Shown: piece by piece, positions 1 through 9,227 of the stretch
Layout of the letters: the number at the start of each line of letters is the position of its first letter
How positions within the stretch are numbered: position 1 is the first letter of the stretch
Source: Nitrospirota bacterium
Lineage (GTDB): Bacteria > Nitrospirota > Thermodesulfovibrionia > Thermodesulfovibrionales > Dissulfurispiraceae
Direction of reading: 5' to 3'
Assembly (NCBI GenBank): GCA_040754455.1
Contig: JBFMCP010000017.1
Span: 1 to 64,000, forward strand
Length of the DNA stretch: 64,000 bases
Made by a program: the position numbers and the translations under genes
Notes under the pieces: model-generated
The model's input: only the letters and a program-made list of their open reading frames with translations
The model's database searches: none
What the model was told of the DNA's origin: nothing

Positions 1-1127
1 TAGTGTTCCATCTCTGCATGGAACACCGGCAGATAGAGCACCGCCAGACGGTATACAAAGATGCCGCCTGCGACGATGCCGACGCTTATAGCGATCTCCA
101 TCCAGCTGGGGAAGTAGGATGCCCCATTGCCAACCTGGGTGAAGAAATTGGTATTGAAGCGGTTGAACAACACACCGAAAATCACCAAACTGACACCGGT
201 GAGAACGCCGGGGATCGACTCCCTCACGTTCCTCAGTGCAAGCAGGATCATGGGGAGAACAAAGCCGATGACCAACTCGGCAAGATAGTATTTGCTCACC
301 GTACTGCCATCAAAAAGCAGCGGCAAGGTGCCCCGTGTTGCGAGGTCGGCAATCCTGGCGACAAGATAAACCAGCAGCGCGACCGTGGTGCCTTTGGCAA
401 GTCCTTTGATAATGTCCGTCTCGTACTCTCTCTTGAAGGCCTTGGCGCTCATGATGGATTCAAAGGTGACCATGGCCAGGCCGACACAAATAGCCGAGAG
501 GTAAAAGAGGTATGGCATGTTCGGTGAATACCAGAGCGACGGCACCTTGGAAGCCATGATAAGGAAGAATCCGCCGAGCGACGACTGGTGCAGGAACGAC
601 AGCACAATGCCGGCAATGATGAGCGGATAATGAAAAGGCTTGATGAGCTTCAGCGCCCAGCCCAGTTTCAGCCGCTCGAAGACGGCAGGGGCGAACTCCA
701 GAGTAAGCACCGTCGTATAGAGCGAAATGCACATGACGACTTCAAACATCACCGATCGGTACTGCCACATCACGAGAGGATGCCAGAACCTGAGCGGCTG
801 TCCGATATCAACAACGAGGCCGACGATGACCATCAGATACCCGAGGAATGCAGTGAGGATCGCCGGCCGCGCGATCGGACGATATTTCTTCATATTGAAA
901 ATGTATACTGCTGCGGTTATGGTGAATCCTCCTGCTGCCAGGGCAACGCCGCTCAGAACGTCAAAGGCGACCCAGAATCCCCAGGGTACGGCGTCGCTCA
1001 TATTCGTCGAAGCGCCGAGCCCGAACGCAAAGCGATAAAAGGCGGCAAATCCGCCGATACTCATCAGGATCAAGAGGACCAGCGTGCCGAACGAAAAAAG
1101 CGGAACCTGTGTTTTATTGGTGTTCAT
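1..1127 (-). CDS. NrfD/HybB-family membrane anchor subunit of formate dehydrogenase (stop codon probably cut by the window edge)
   Basis: Not in the ORF track. ATG at 1127 with SD GGAGG reads MNTNKTQVPLFSFGTLVLLILMSIGGFAAFYRFAFGLGASTNMSDAVPWGFWVAFDVLSGVALAAGGFT...DIGQPLRFWHP...SVMFEV, the typical HybB/NrfD N-terminus. The frame ends ...LPVFHAEMEH followed by TA at positions 2-1. Confidence 0.88.
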   Translation of the reverse strand, partial: MNTNKTQVPLFSFGTLVLLILMSIGGFAAFYRFAFGLGASTNMSDAVPWGFWVAFDVLSGVALAAGGFTITAAVYIFNMKKYRPIARPAILTAFLGYLMVIVGLVVDIGQPLRFWHPLVMWQYRSVMFEVVMCISLYTTVLTLEFAPAVFERLKLGWALKLIKPFHYPLIIAGIVLSFLHQSSLGGFFLIMASKVPSLWYSPNMPYLFYLSAICVGLAMVTFESIMSAKAFKREYETDIIKGLAKGTTVALLVYLVARIADLATRGTLPLLFDGSTVSKYYLAELVIGFVLPMILLALRNVRESIPGVLTGVSLVIFGVLFNRFNTNFFTQVGNGASYFPSWMEIAISVGIVAGGIFVYRLAVLYLPVFHAEMEH

Positions 1128-1130
1128 GGA

Positions 1131-1946
1131 TTATCCCTCCTTCTCATTCTTGGATGATGCTGAGCCACCGCCGCTGTTGCCGCGGTTTCGGATATACGCA
1201 ATGGCCGCCAGAATAGTAATCAGTCCGCCCACTTTCATGGGGATTGTTTTCAGCATCGCCCAGGAGAGCGTCGGCAGTGCAACGTTGGGGATGTTTGTTT
1301 TGAAACCGAGCTGTTCAAAAGGAACTCCGGATATATACATCCATGAGGTCCCTCCCGCCTCGTCCTTGCCATAAATGTGATCCACGTATTTGCCGGGATT
1401 CTCCTTGATCCGCCGCTCGGCTTCTGCCACAACATCGTCGTAATTGCCGAAGTAAAGCGCCTTCGGCGCACAGGCCTTGACACAGGCAGGTGGCAATCCC
1501 TCTTCCTGACGGTCCGAGCAGAAGGTGCACTTCTGTACGATAGGAGAGATCTTTTCCCATTCATATTTCGGCACATTGAAGGGGCAGGCCATCATGCAGT
1601 AGCGGCAACCGATACAGCGTTCCGAAATATAGTTGACCGGCCCGTTGGGTTTCTTCTCGAAAGCGCCGACAGGACACGCCGATACGCAGGCCGGGTCTTT
1701 GCAGTGCATGCACTGAGTTTTAATGAAGTCCCAGCTGCTGATCATGTTGTCCTTTTCCGTCTCGACGAATTTTACGACGGTATAGGCTTCGGAATTCATA
1801 TCGACCGGATTGGTGAAGGTGCCGTTCTGCACTGTCTTTTTGACCGAGCGGCCGTTCCAGCTTTTGCATGCGATCTGGCAGCTCCGGCAGCCTATGCATT
1901 TGGTAAGATCGACGAGTACGCCTTTTGGTTGTGCAATCGTTGCCAT
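1131..1946 (-). CDS. Formate dehydrogenase iron-sulfur subunit (FdnH/HybA family, 4x[4Fe-4S]) with C-terminal transmembrane helix
   Basis: CIGCRSCQIAC, CMHCKDPACVSACP, CIGCRYCMMACP and KCTFC...PACVKAC motifs; hydrophobic C-terminus; adjacent to the catalytic subunit. Confidence 0.92.
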   Translation of the reverse strand: MATIAQPKGVLVDLTKCIGCRSCQIACKSWNGRSVKKTVQNGTFTNPVDMNSEAYTVVKFVETEKDNMISSWDFIKTQCMHCKDPACVSACPVGAFEKKPNGPVNYISERCIGCRYCMMACPFNVPKYEWEKISPIVQKCTFCSDRQEEGLPPACVKACAPKALYFGNYDDVVAEAERRIKENPGKYVDHIYGKDEAGGTSWMYISGVPFEQLGFKTNIPNVALPTLSWAMLKTIPMKVGGLITILAAIAYIRNRGNSGGGSASSKNEKEG

Positions 1947-1954
1947 GGTTCCTC

Positions 1955-4900
1955 CTATGCCTTTGCCTTTTCGATGTTGACCATGAATGCCTTCGATTCA
2001 GGGATCATAGTGTTCGCATCACCGATGGTCGGCGTCAGGAGATTCGAGCTGTCACCGCCGCTCCCGTCCTCGGGAAACTGCCACCCGAAATGCCAGGGAA
2101 GCCCGACCTGGTGCACGGTGGAACCGGCAACCTTGAAGGGTTTGAACCTCTTCGTCACAACCGCGATCGCCCACACTTCACCGCGCGCGGATTTCACCGT
2201 CACCTTGTCGCCGCTCTTGATCCCCTTCTCTCTGGCGAGCTCTTCGCTCATTTCGACAAACTGCTGCGGCATCGCCTCGAGGAGCCAGGGCACATGCCTC
2301 GTCATAACACCGGTCTGCCAGTGCTCGGAGACGCGGTAGGTGGTGCCGACATAGGGGAACCGTATATCGCAGGAGAGATAGACGTCCTCCAGGTTTTTTC
2401 CGCCTTCGGCAAAGAACATCTTGACTGCAGGGTTGATCCGCTGCTTCGACATGATGTTTTCCTGCAGCGGACACTCGAGCGCCTCATAGTGCTCGGGGAA
2501 AGGACCATCGTTGAGTCCGGGGCCGAAGAGCGCACCCATGCCGTCAGCCCGCATGATGAAGGGGTATTTTCCCTTCTCATTATTGTAGGGCGGCGCAGGT
2601 CCGTCGGGGACATCTCCTTCCCAGACACCGGGCTTGTTGGTCTTGGGATCCAGCTTGGCCGGGTTCCATGAGAGGAGGGGCCGGTTCGGGTCCCACGGCC
2701 TCCCTTCCGGGTCAACAGAAGCCCGATTGTAGATGATCCTTCTGTTGACCGGCCAGCTCCACGCCCATTCGGGATAGAGACCCAGCCCAGTGGGATCGGT
2801 CTTCTTCCTCCGGGCCATCATGTTGGTGATCTTGCCGTCCTTCTGGGTGTAGCTCTGGCAATAGATCCAATTGCCCGATGAGGTCGTACCGTCATCCTGC
2901 AGATGGACAAAGGTGGCGCAGAGCTCGCCTTTCTTGCCGAGCAGGGCTGGCGGATTCGCCTTCTTATCATAAACATCGTCGAGATAGTAGCCATTGATCT
3001 CTTTCGCTATCTCGTGGACATTTACCTCTTTGATCTTGCCGTCTGGTCCTTTGTGGCCGTAATTCCAGGTTAGGTTCACGATCGGAGCAGGATACGTGCC
3101 GCCCTTCTCCTGGTAGAGCCTCTTGACCCGGTAGTAGAGCTCATTGATGATCTCGGCATCGGGCTTTGACTGGCCTATAGGCTCGATGGCCTTATAGCGC
3201 CACTGCGCCCAGCGGCCGGAGTTGGAGATGCTGCCCTCTTTCTCCACTGACGAGCAGCAAGGGAGCATGAAGACTTCGGTCTGGACCTCCTTGGGATTCA
3301 TGCCGGGACCTCTCCAGAACGAAGCGGTCTCGTTGTCGAAGAGGTTAACATTGACCATCCACTTCAATTTACTGAGAGCCTTTCTCGTTTTGTTGGCATT
3401 AGCCCCCGAGCATGCGGGGTTCTGGCCCCAGGCAAAGAAGCCCTCGAACTTGCCCTTGAGCATCTGGTCGAAGAGCATGAGCCATGAAGCGTTCATGCCC
3501 TCGTCGAGCTTCGGCAGCCAGGCATAGCCGAAATCATTCTCCTTCGTCGCATGAGGACCGTAAATTGCCTTCAGGTAGCTGGTGATGTATTTGCCTCTGT
3601 TGCCCCACCAGTTGACGCTTTTCGGGTCCTTTGTCGTAGGAGTATGCTTTTCGATATATCCTTTGAGGTTAGCAAGTGACGCCGTTGGTGTAGGGAGATA
3701 GCCGGGCAGTATATGGAAAAGAAGACCGTAGTCCGTCGAGCCCTGGACGTTTGATTCGCCTCGCATTGCATTGATGCCGCCACCGGGCATACCGATATTG
3801 CCGAGCAGGAGCTGGATGATCGCCATTGCTCTGATGTTCTGGGTGCCGACGGTGTGCTGCGTCCAGCCCATAGCGTAGCATTCGGTGCCGACTCTGTTCG
3901 GCTTTCCGGTGGACGCATAGAGTTTATACACCTCAATGAGCTTGTCCTTCGGTGTTCCGGTAATGCTCGAGACTTTATCGAGCGTATAACGGGAGTAGTG
4001 CTTCTTCAGGAGCTGGAATACACAGTTTTTGTCCTTAAGGGTCGGATCTTTCTTAGGAATGCCGTTTTCATCCATCTGGAAGGACCAGGCCTTCTTGTCG
4101 TATTTCCTGGTCTTCGCGTCATACCCGGAGAAGAGGCCGTCAAGCTCGCCGGGACCTTTGAAATCGGGGTTGACGAGGAATGAGGCATTGGTGTACTTCG
4201 CGACATACTCCCTGAAATAGAGATTGTTGTCGAGAATGTACTTGATCATGCCGCCCAAAAAGGCGATGTCCGTTCCCGATCGGAGGGGAGCATAGAGATC
4301 GGCTTTCGAGGCGGTCCTGGTGAAGCGTGGATCGACGACGATGAGCTTTGCCCCCCTCTCTTTCGCCTTCAATATCCATTTCATCGATATGGGATGGTTC
4401 TCGGCGGGGTTGCTTCCCATAACGAGGATGACATCCGCATTCCGGAGATCGATCCAGTGGTTCGTCATTGCACCGCGACCGAGCGACTCTGCCAGAGCCG
4501 CTACTGTAGCGCTGTGTCATATTCGGGCCTGATGTTCTATATAAACGAGCCCCAATGAACGAAGCCATTTCTGCAGGATGTAGCACTCTTCGTTGTCAAG
4601 TGCAGCGCTGCCGACATGGGCGATGCCGTCGGTCCTGTTGACGACGAACTCCTTCTCGACCTCGACGTCGACGCCGTCAGGACCCTTCTCTTTCACTTTC
4701 GATTTGGAAGTGACTTTGAATGTCCTGTCGCGGGTATCTTTTACCTTCCTAGCGATCTCATCGAGCGCCCAGTCCCACTCGACCTCTTTCCATTTATCAG
4801 AGCCCGGCGCGCGGTAGAGCGGTTTGGTGATGCGCTTTTCATTATTAACGAGTTGGTAGAGCGATGAGCCCTTCGAGCAGAGCGCCCCTTCATTAATAGG

Positions 4901-5122
4901 ATGTTCCGGGTCGCCCTCGGTGTTGACCACTCTGCCGTCAACGGTGTGCACTAAGATGCCGCAACCGACCGAGCAATAAGGACAGATAGTAGTGGTCTCC
5001 TTTGCGTTCGTGGTTTTCAGCCCCTTGGCGTATGCCATTGCTGGATCGAGATTAACAGCAGCGGTGCCGGCAAAGAGCGATCCGCCTGAGAGCTTGAGGA
5101 AATCACGTCTTGATAACCCCAT
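1955..5122 (-). CDS. fdnG: Formate dehydrogenase alpha subunit, Mo/W-bisPGD selenoprotein with Tat signal (joins ORFs 4517-5122 and 1955-4468; about 1055 aa)
   Basis: Tat motif SRRDFLK; CPYCSVGC Fe-S motif; in-frame TGA at 4517-4519 in EHQARI-U-HSATVAALAESLGRGAMTNHW, matching the FdnG Sec site; downstream RGESNVQG. Confidence 0.95.
4482..4502 (-). promoter_or_regulatory. Bacterial SECIS hairpin
   Basis: AGCGGCTCT-GGC-AGAGTCGCT stem-loop starts 14 nt 3' of the in-frame UGA. Confidence 0.8.
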
Positions 5123-5324
5123 AAGTCCTCCTTTGTTTGGCTAATAAAAAAATACCAGCCTATAATATAGTCAAATCAAAACAGCTTCAAATTTGTTAAA
5201 GTCGGTTTACTGTTAATAACAACAAACTGCAATAACTATAAACTATTTTCGACAAATGTTACAATAGGTAACTTTTTGACAGGTGTTTAATCGAAGAGTT
5301 AAAAGAAGTGCAATCCGAGCAATA

Positions 5325-5360
5325 GAATAAGGAAGCCCCGCCAAGAAGTGACGAAGGCTT
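5325..5360 (-). terminator. Possible intrinsic terminator after purM-M23-bactofilin
   Basis: Minus strand AAGCCTTCGTCA-CTTCT-TGGCGGGGCTT (about 11 bp with G-U pairs and a bulge), followed by a weak U tract. Confidence 0.4.
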
Positions 5361-5404
5361 TATTTTCAATCAGTTATGCAAGTAACCTTTGAGAGCGATG
5401 TTCC

Positions 5405-5788
5405 CTATTTTGATGCTGCTTCCTTGGCAGGGAAGTTTACAACATTGTTAGAATCTTCCTTCTGGACGAGCGAACGGCCTTCGAATGTTGCGCCTTCGGC
5501 AATAGAGAGCTTTCTCGAAACGATTTCTCCGTATATCTGGCCTGACTGTTTGATTTCAACGAGCTCTTCGGCCTTGATATTGCCTGACAGTTTGCCACCG
5601 ATAACGACGTTTTTGGCAATAATATCGCCGTTTACTGTTCCTTTTTCACCAATGACAACCCAGTCGGCAGTAATATTTCCCTCGTATTTACCATCAACTC
5701 TGAAGGTGCCTTGTGTAACTATGTCGCCTTTGAATTCCGATTGATGGCCTACCAGTGCCTCGAGCTTTTCACTTTTCTTGCTGAACAT
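5405..5788 (-). CDS. Bactofilin (polymer-forming cytoskeletal protein, CcmA/DUF583 family)
   Basis: FKGDIVTQGTFRVDGKYEGNI...VVIGEKGTVNGDI...IAEGATFEG beta-helix pattern; overlaps the M23 gene by 20 nt. Confidence 0.92.
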   Translation of the reverse strand: MFSKKSEKLEALVGHQSEFKGDIVTQGTFRVDGKYEGNITADWVVIGEKGTVNGDIIAKNVVIGGKLSGNIKAEELVEIKQSGQIYGEIVSRKLSIAEGATFEGRSLVQKEDSNNVVNFPAKEAASK

Positions 5789-6635
5789 TCTTCGCCTCCG
5801 CGATATATTTACGGGGATTCACCGCTCTTCCCTTGTGCCATACTTCGTAATGAAGGTGCGGGCCGGTCGAATTCCCGGTAGATCCGACATAGGAAACGAC
5901 ATCACCGCGCTTGACTCTCTGACCCACCTTCACCCCGATCGAGCTGTTGTGGGCGTAAAAAGTAGAGAAACCGTGGCCATGCTCGAGCACCACCAGATTG
6001 CCGTTGCCGCCGCTCCATCCGGCAAAGCTGACGACACCGTCAGCCGTCGCATGCACGGGGGTCCCTTTCGGTACCGCAATATCCATGCCTGAATGAAACT
6101 CCGAGCCGCCGTAGTGGGGATTCTCCCGGGTGCCGAAATCAGAAGTGAGCCTTCCCTTGAGCGGCCAACCCTTGGGCGTTGCCATATAGATGTCCCGCTC
6201 TTCCTTCAAAAACTCCTTGATGGTGCTGACGGAATCGATCGTCTTTCTAATCTGGTCCTTCAATATATCCATGTCCACATTGCCCGCGTCATGGGTCGTC
6301 ACCTTTGTATCGAAGTTCTCGAGTATCTGCTCCTTGTTTTTAAAGGACACGAGATTCGCAAGCTCCGACTGCGTTTTTTTCAATGTCAGCAGGGTTGATT
6401 TGAGCTCCGAGAACTGCGCCGTATAAAAGTTCAGCGTGTGTTTCATTTTGTAGTATTCCATGGTATTGACAGCCATCGAAATGACATAGACCGTGCCGAT
6501 CATCCAGAGGATTACCGATGCGACAATGCCTATTGAGGGAAGTTTGATATTGATCGTTCTGTTGCTGTCATGGGGAATCATCATTATGGAGACAGGAGTA
6601 AAAAGCTTTTTGAAAAGCCTTTTTACCTTATACAT
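5769..6635 (-). CDS. M23-family metallopeptidase with N-terminal TM helix and coiled coil
   Basis: HSGMD (HxxxD) and [10 protein letters not shown] (HxH) motifs. Confidence 0.93.
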   Translation of the reverse strand: MYKVKRLFKKLFTPVSIMMIPHDSNRTINIKLPSIGIVASVILWMIGTVYVISMAVNTMEYYKMKHTLNFYTAQFSELKSTLLTLKKTQSELANLVSFKNKEQILENFDTKVTTHDAGNVDMDILKDQIRKTIDSVSTIKEFLKEERDIYMATPKGWPLKGRLTSDFGTRENPHYGGSEFHSGMDIAVPKGTPVHATADGVVSFAGWSGGNGNLVVLEHGHGFSTFYAHNSSIGVKVGQRVKRGDVVSYVGSTGNSTGPHLHYEVWHKGRAVNPRKYIAEAKNVQQEK

Positions 6636-7665
6636 AAATTATTTTTTCCACCCCCCCTTTTTCTATCGAGCCAATAGAAACCGCATCGAAACCGTACTGC
6701 TTCAATGTCGAGAGAGAAATATCCGCGTCCTGTTCGTCAACCACTATGATATATCCGATTCCCATATTGAATGTCCTGTCCATATCGTTATCGGGGACAT
6801 GACCCCGCTCTTTAATCATGGTGAATACCGGCGGCACCGGCCAGGAATACCTCTTGACCGTTGCCCGCAGCCCGTCTCTGATGATGCGCGGCAGATTGCC
6901 GACGATCCCGCCGCCGGTGATGTGCGCCATACCGTTAACCTGTATGTTTTTTTCACTCAACGCAGTGAATGCCTTAACATAAATTCTCGTCGGCCTGAGC
7001 AATTCCTCGCCGAGCGAGCACTTAAATTCGGGAATGTACGCATCGGGGGTAAGCTTCGCCGCCTCGAAGAACACTTTTCTTGCAAGCGAATAGCCATTGC
7101 TGTGCAAGCCGCTCGAAGAAATTCCGATGATGCAGTTCCCCTCTTTTATTTTTGATCCGTCAATAATCTTGCTCTTTTCTACCACACCGACTGCAAACCC
7201 TGCAAGGTCATATTCACCTTCAGGATAAAAGCCCGGCATTTCAGCTGTCTCTCCGCCGATGAGGGCACAGCCCGACTCCTTGCAGCCATCGGCGATACCC
7301 TTAACGACATCCTTTGATTTGTCCGCATTGAGTTTCCCCGTGGCGAAGTAATCGAGGAAGAAAAGCGGCTCAGCGCCGAGGGTGAGAATATCATTGACCG
7401 ACATGGCTACGAGGTCGATGCCGACCGTGTCGTGCTTGTCCAGCATAAAGGCGATCTTTAATTTCGTCCCGACGCCGTCCGTGCCGCTCACCAGCACCGG
7501 CTCTTTATATTTAGTGATATCGAGCTTGAACAGCGCACCGAAAGAGCCGATCTCGGTCATCACTTCGGGGCGAAAGGTCTTTTTGACGAGCGGACCGATA
7601 AGACTGACGAAGCGGTCCCCCTCGTCGATATCGACGCCCGCTTTTTTATAGGTCAATTCATCCAT
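6628..7665 (-). CDS. purM: Phosphoribosylformylglycinamidine cyclo-ligase
   Basis: [33 protein letters not shown] and TFNMGIG motifs. Confidence 0.97.
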   Translation of the reverse strand: MDELTYKKAGVDIDEGDRFVSLIGPLVKKTFRPEVMTEIGSFGALFKLDITKYKEPVLVSGTDGVGTKLKIAFMLDKHDTVGIDLVAMSVNDILTLGAEPLFFLDYFATGKLNADKSKDVVKGIADGCKESGCALIGGETAEMPGFYPEGEYDLAGFAVGVVEKSKIIDGSKIKEGNCIIGISSSGLHSNGYSLARKVFFEAAKLTPDAYIPEFKCSLGEELLRPTRIYVKAFTALSEKNIQVNGMAHITGGGIVGNLPRIIRDGLRATVKRYSWPVPPVFTMIKERGHVPDNDMDRTFNMGIGYIIVVDEQDADISLSTLKQYGFDAVSIGSIEKGGVEKIIYV

Positions 7666-7793
7666 GAATTCAATTCCTTTCAGTATAAAAAGTGCGCTAT
7701 TACGTTACCATAATGGAACAATTAATTCCATATATTAGTTAGCGCTGCGCTTCTCGATATGCAGAGTTTGGTTTCCTACAGGTGTGGTGTGGT

Positions 7794-7871
7794 CTTTGTC
7801 ATTACGAGGAGAGAAACGGGATTACAGGGCGAAACTTATCCCGGTCTGTAGTGGGACCCGCAATGACAGGG
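7794..7871. repeat. Degenerate REP-like nested palindrome
   Basis: TGTCATTACG...CGCAATGACA outer arms enclose an ATTACAG...CTGTAGT inner stem. The outer motif TGTCATTGCG recurs at 59698. Confidence 0.45.
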
Positions 7872-7883
7872 GCAACGGGTATT

Positions 7884-8726
7884 TCAGACGATCTTCATGC
7901 TGATATCCATCGCCCGCGCGGAGTGGGTGAGCGCGCCAATGGAGATGAGGTCGATGCCGGTTTCGGCGATTGTTCTGAGAGTGTCGAGAGTAACGCCGCC
8001 GGAGGCCTCGAGGAGAGCCCTGCCCTTTACGATGCCGGCTGCTTTCATCATATCAGCCGGTGACATGTTGTCGAGCATGATGATGTCGGCGCCTGCGTCG
8101 AGCGCTTCATTGAGCTCATCGAAGTTCTTTACCTCAACTTCGATCTTCATGAGGTGGTGTGCTTTCCTAGCGAGGGTGATTGCTTCACGGACGCCGCCGG
8201 CTGCGGTGATGTGGTTATCCTTAATGAGAATACCGTCGAAGAGGCCGAAGCGATGATTGGCGCCGCCGCCGATTGTTACGCCGTATTTCTCCATGACGCG
8301 CATCCCGGGCGTGGTCTTTCTCGTATCGACGATTCTCACCGGTAGTCCGGCGGCCTTCTCGACATAGGCATGGGTCAATGTAGCGATGCCGGATATTCGT
8401 TGGAGGATGTTCAGTGCCAGACGTTCTCCGGCAAGCAGGCTGCGTGCGTTACCGGAAAGCTCGGCAATAACGGTTCCTTCCGTGAGCTTTTCCCCCTCAT
8501 TATGGAGAACCTTTATTCGTATCGCGGGATCAACAGCGCGGAAGACCTCTTTGACAAAAGGCATACCCGCGAGAATGAGGTCTTCCTTCGCCTTAATAAG
8601 CGCTGTTGCTGCTTTGTCTGCGGGAACGGTTAAGAGGGACGTGATGTCACCCTGCCCTATATCTTCAGCCAGGGCAAGGCGTATGATTTCCTGGACCAGA
8701 AATGAGTAGTTCAGTTCGCGGTCCAT
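7884..8726 (-). CDS. nadC: Nicotinate-nucleotide pyrophosphorylase (carboxylating)
   Basis: ALAEDIGQGDITS, DTRKTTPG, HRFGLFD, KDNH and EASGG motifs. Confidence 0.97.
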   Translation of the reverse strand: MDRELNYSFLVQEIIRLALAEDIGQGDITSLLTVPADKAATALIKAKEDLILAGMPFVKEVFRAVDPAIRIKVLHNEGEKLTEGTVIAELSGNARSLLAGERLALNILQRISGIATLTHAYVEKAAGLPVRIVDTRKTTPGMRVMEKYGVTIGGGANHRFGLFDGILIKDNHITAAGGVREAITLARKAHHLMKIEVEVKNFDELNEALDAGADIIMLDNMSPADMMKAAGIVKGRALLEASGGVTLDTLRTIAETGIDLISIGALTHSARAMDISMKIV

Positions 8727-8735
8727 GGCCGGTCG

Positions 8736-9218
8736 TTATCGCTTTCTGAATATGGAGAAGAGCCCGAATATCCCGCCTGCCACTGCGCCGATGGCGAGGG
8801 CTGACTTCCAGTCGAGAAGCGTTGTTACTGAGCCGTTGATGTTCTGGCCGATCATGAGGATCGAAGTACTGTTGTTGGAATTGATCTCCCGTGCCGCCAT
8901 GACACCGGCAGCGCTCCTGTTCACGACCATCTCGTGAGACGAGACCGCAACAGGGGAGAACGAGAAATTCAGGTTGGTCGTTGTGCCTGCAGCAACAGCG
9001 CCGATGCTCTGGTTCAGGGAGAGGTTGGTCCCGCGCATCAGCACCGATGCCCCCTGGGTGACCTCCACCCGTTCGCCGTCGATGCTCAGTGCCCCCACCT
9101 GCTGCAGCTCGACATGTCCGCCGTCCACTGCCCTGACCGTGCTCTGTTTTATGTTGACGAATTCCGCTTCGACAAGGTCAAGCTTTTTTTCTTCGATATC
9201 CATCGGCTCTTTTTCCAT
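8736..9218 (-). CDS. Hypothetical protein with about seven 15-aa repeats (probable beta-solenoid) and a C-terminal membrane anchor
   Basis: Tightly packed between valS and nadC; repeat periodicity visible in the protein; hydrophobic tail ending in RKR. Confidence 0.8.
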   Translation of the reverse strand: MEKEPMDIEEKKLDLVEAEFVNIKQSTVRAVDGGHVELQQVGALSIDGERVEVTQGASVLMRGTNLSLNQSIGAVAAGTTTNLNFSFSPVAVSSHEMVVNRSAAGVMAAREINSNNSTSILMIGQNINGSVTTLLDWKSALAIGAVAGGIFGLFSIFRKR

Positions 9219-9227
9219 GGGGCCCCC

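Noticed and set aside
7815..7865. c-di-GMP-I riboswitch (GGGCGAAAC...GGGAC..GCAA)
   Set aside because: Only fragmentary similarity, no proper P1/P2, and it is on the strand opposite the flanking genes.
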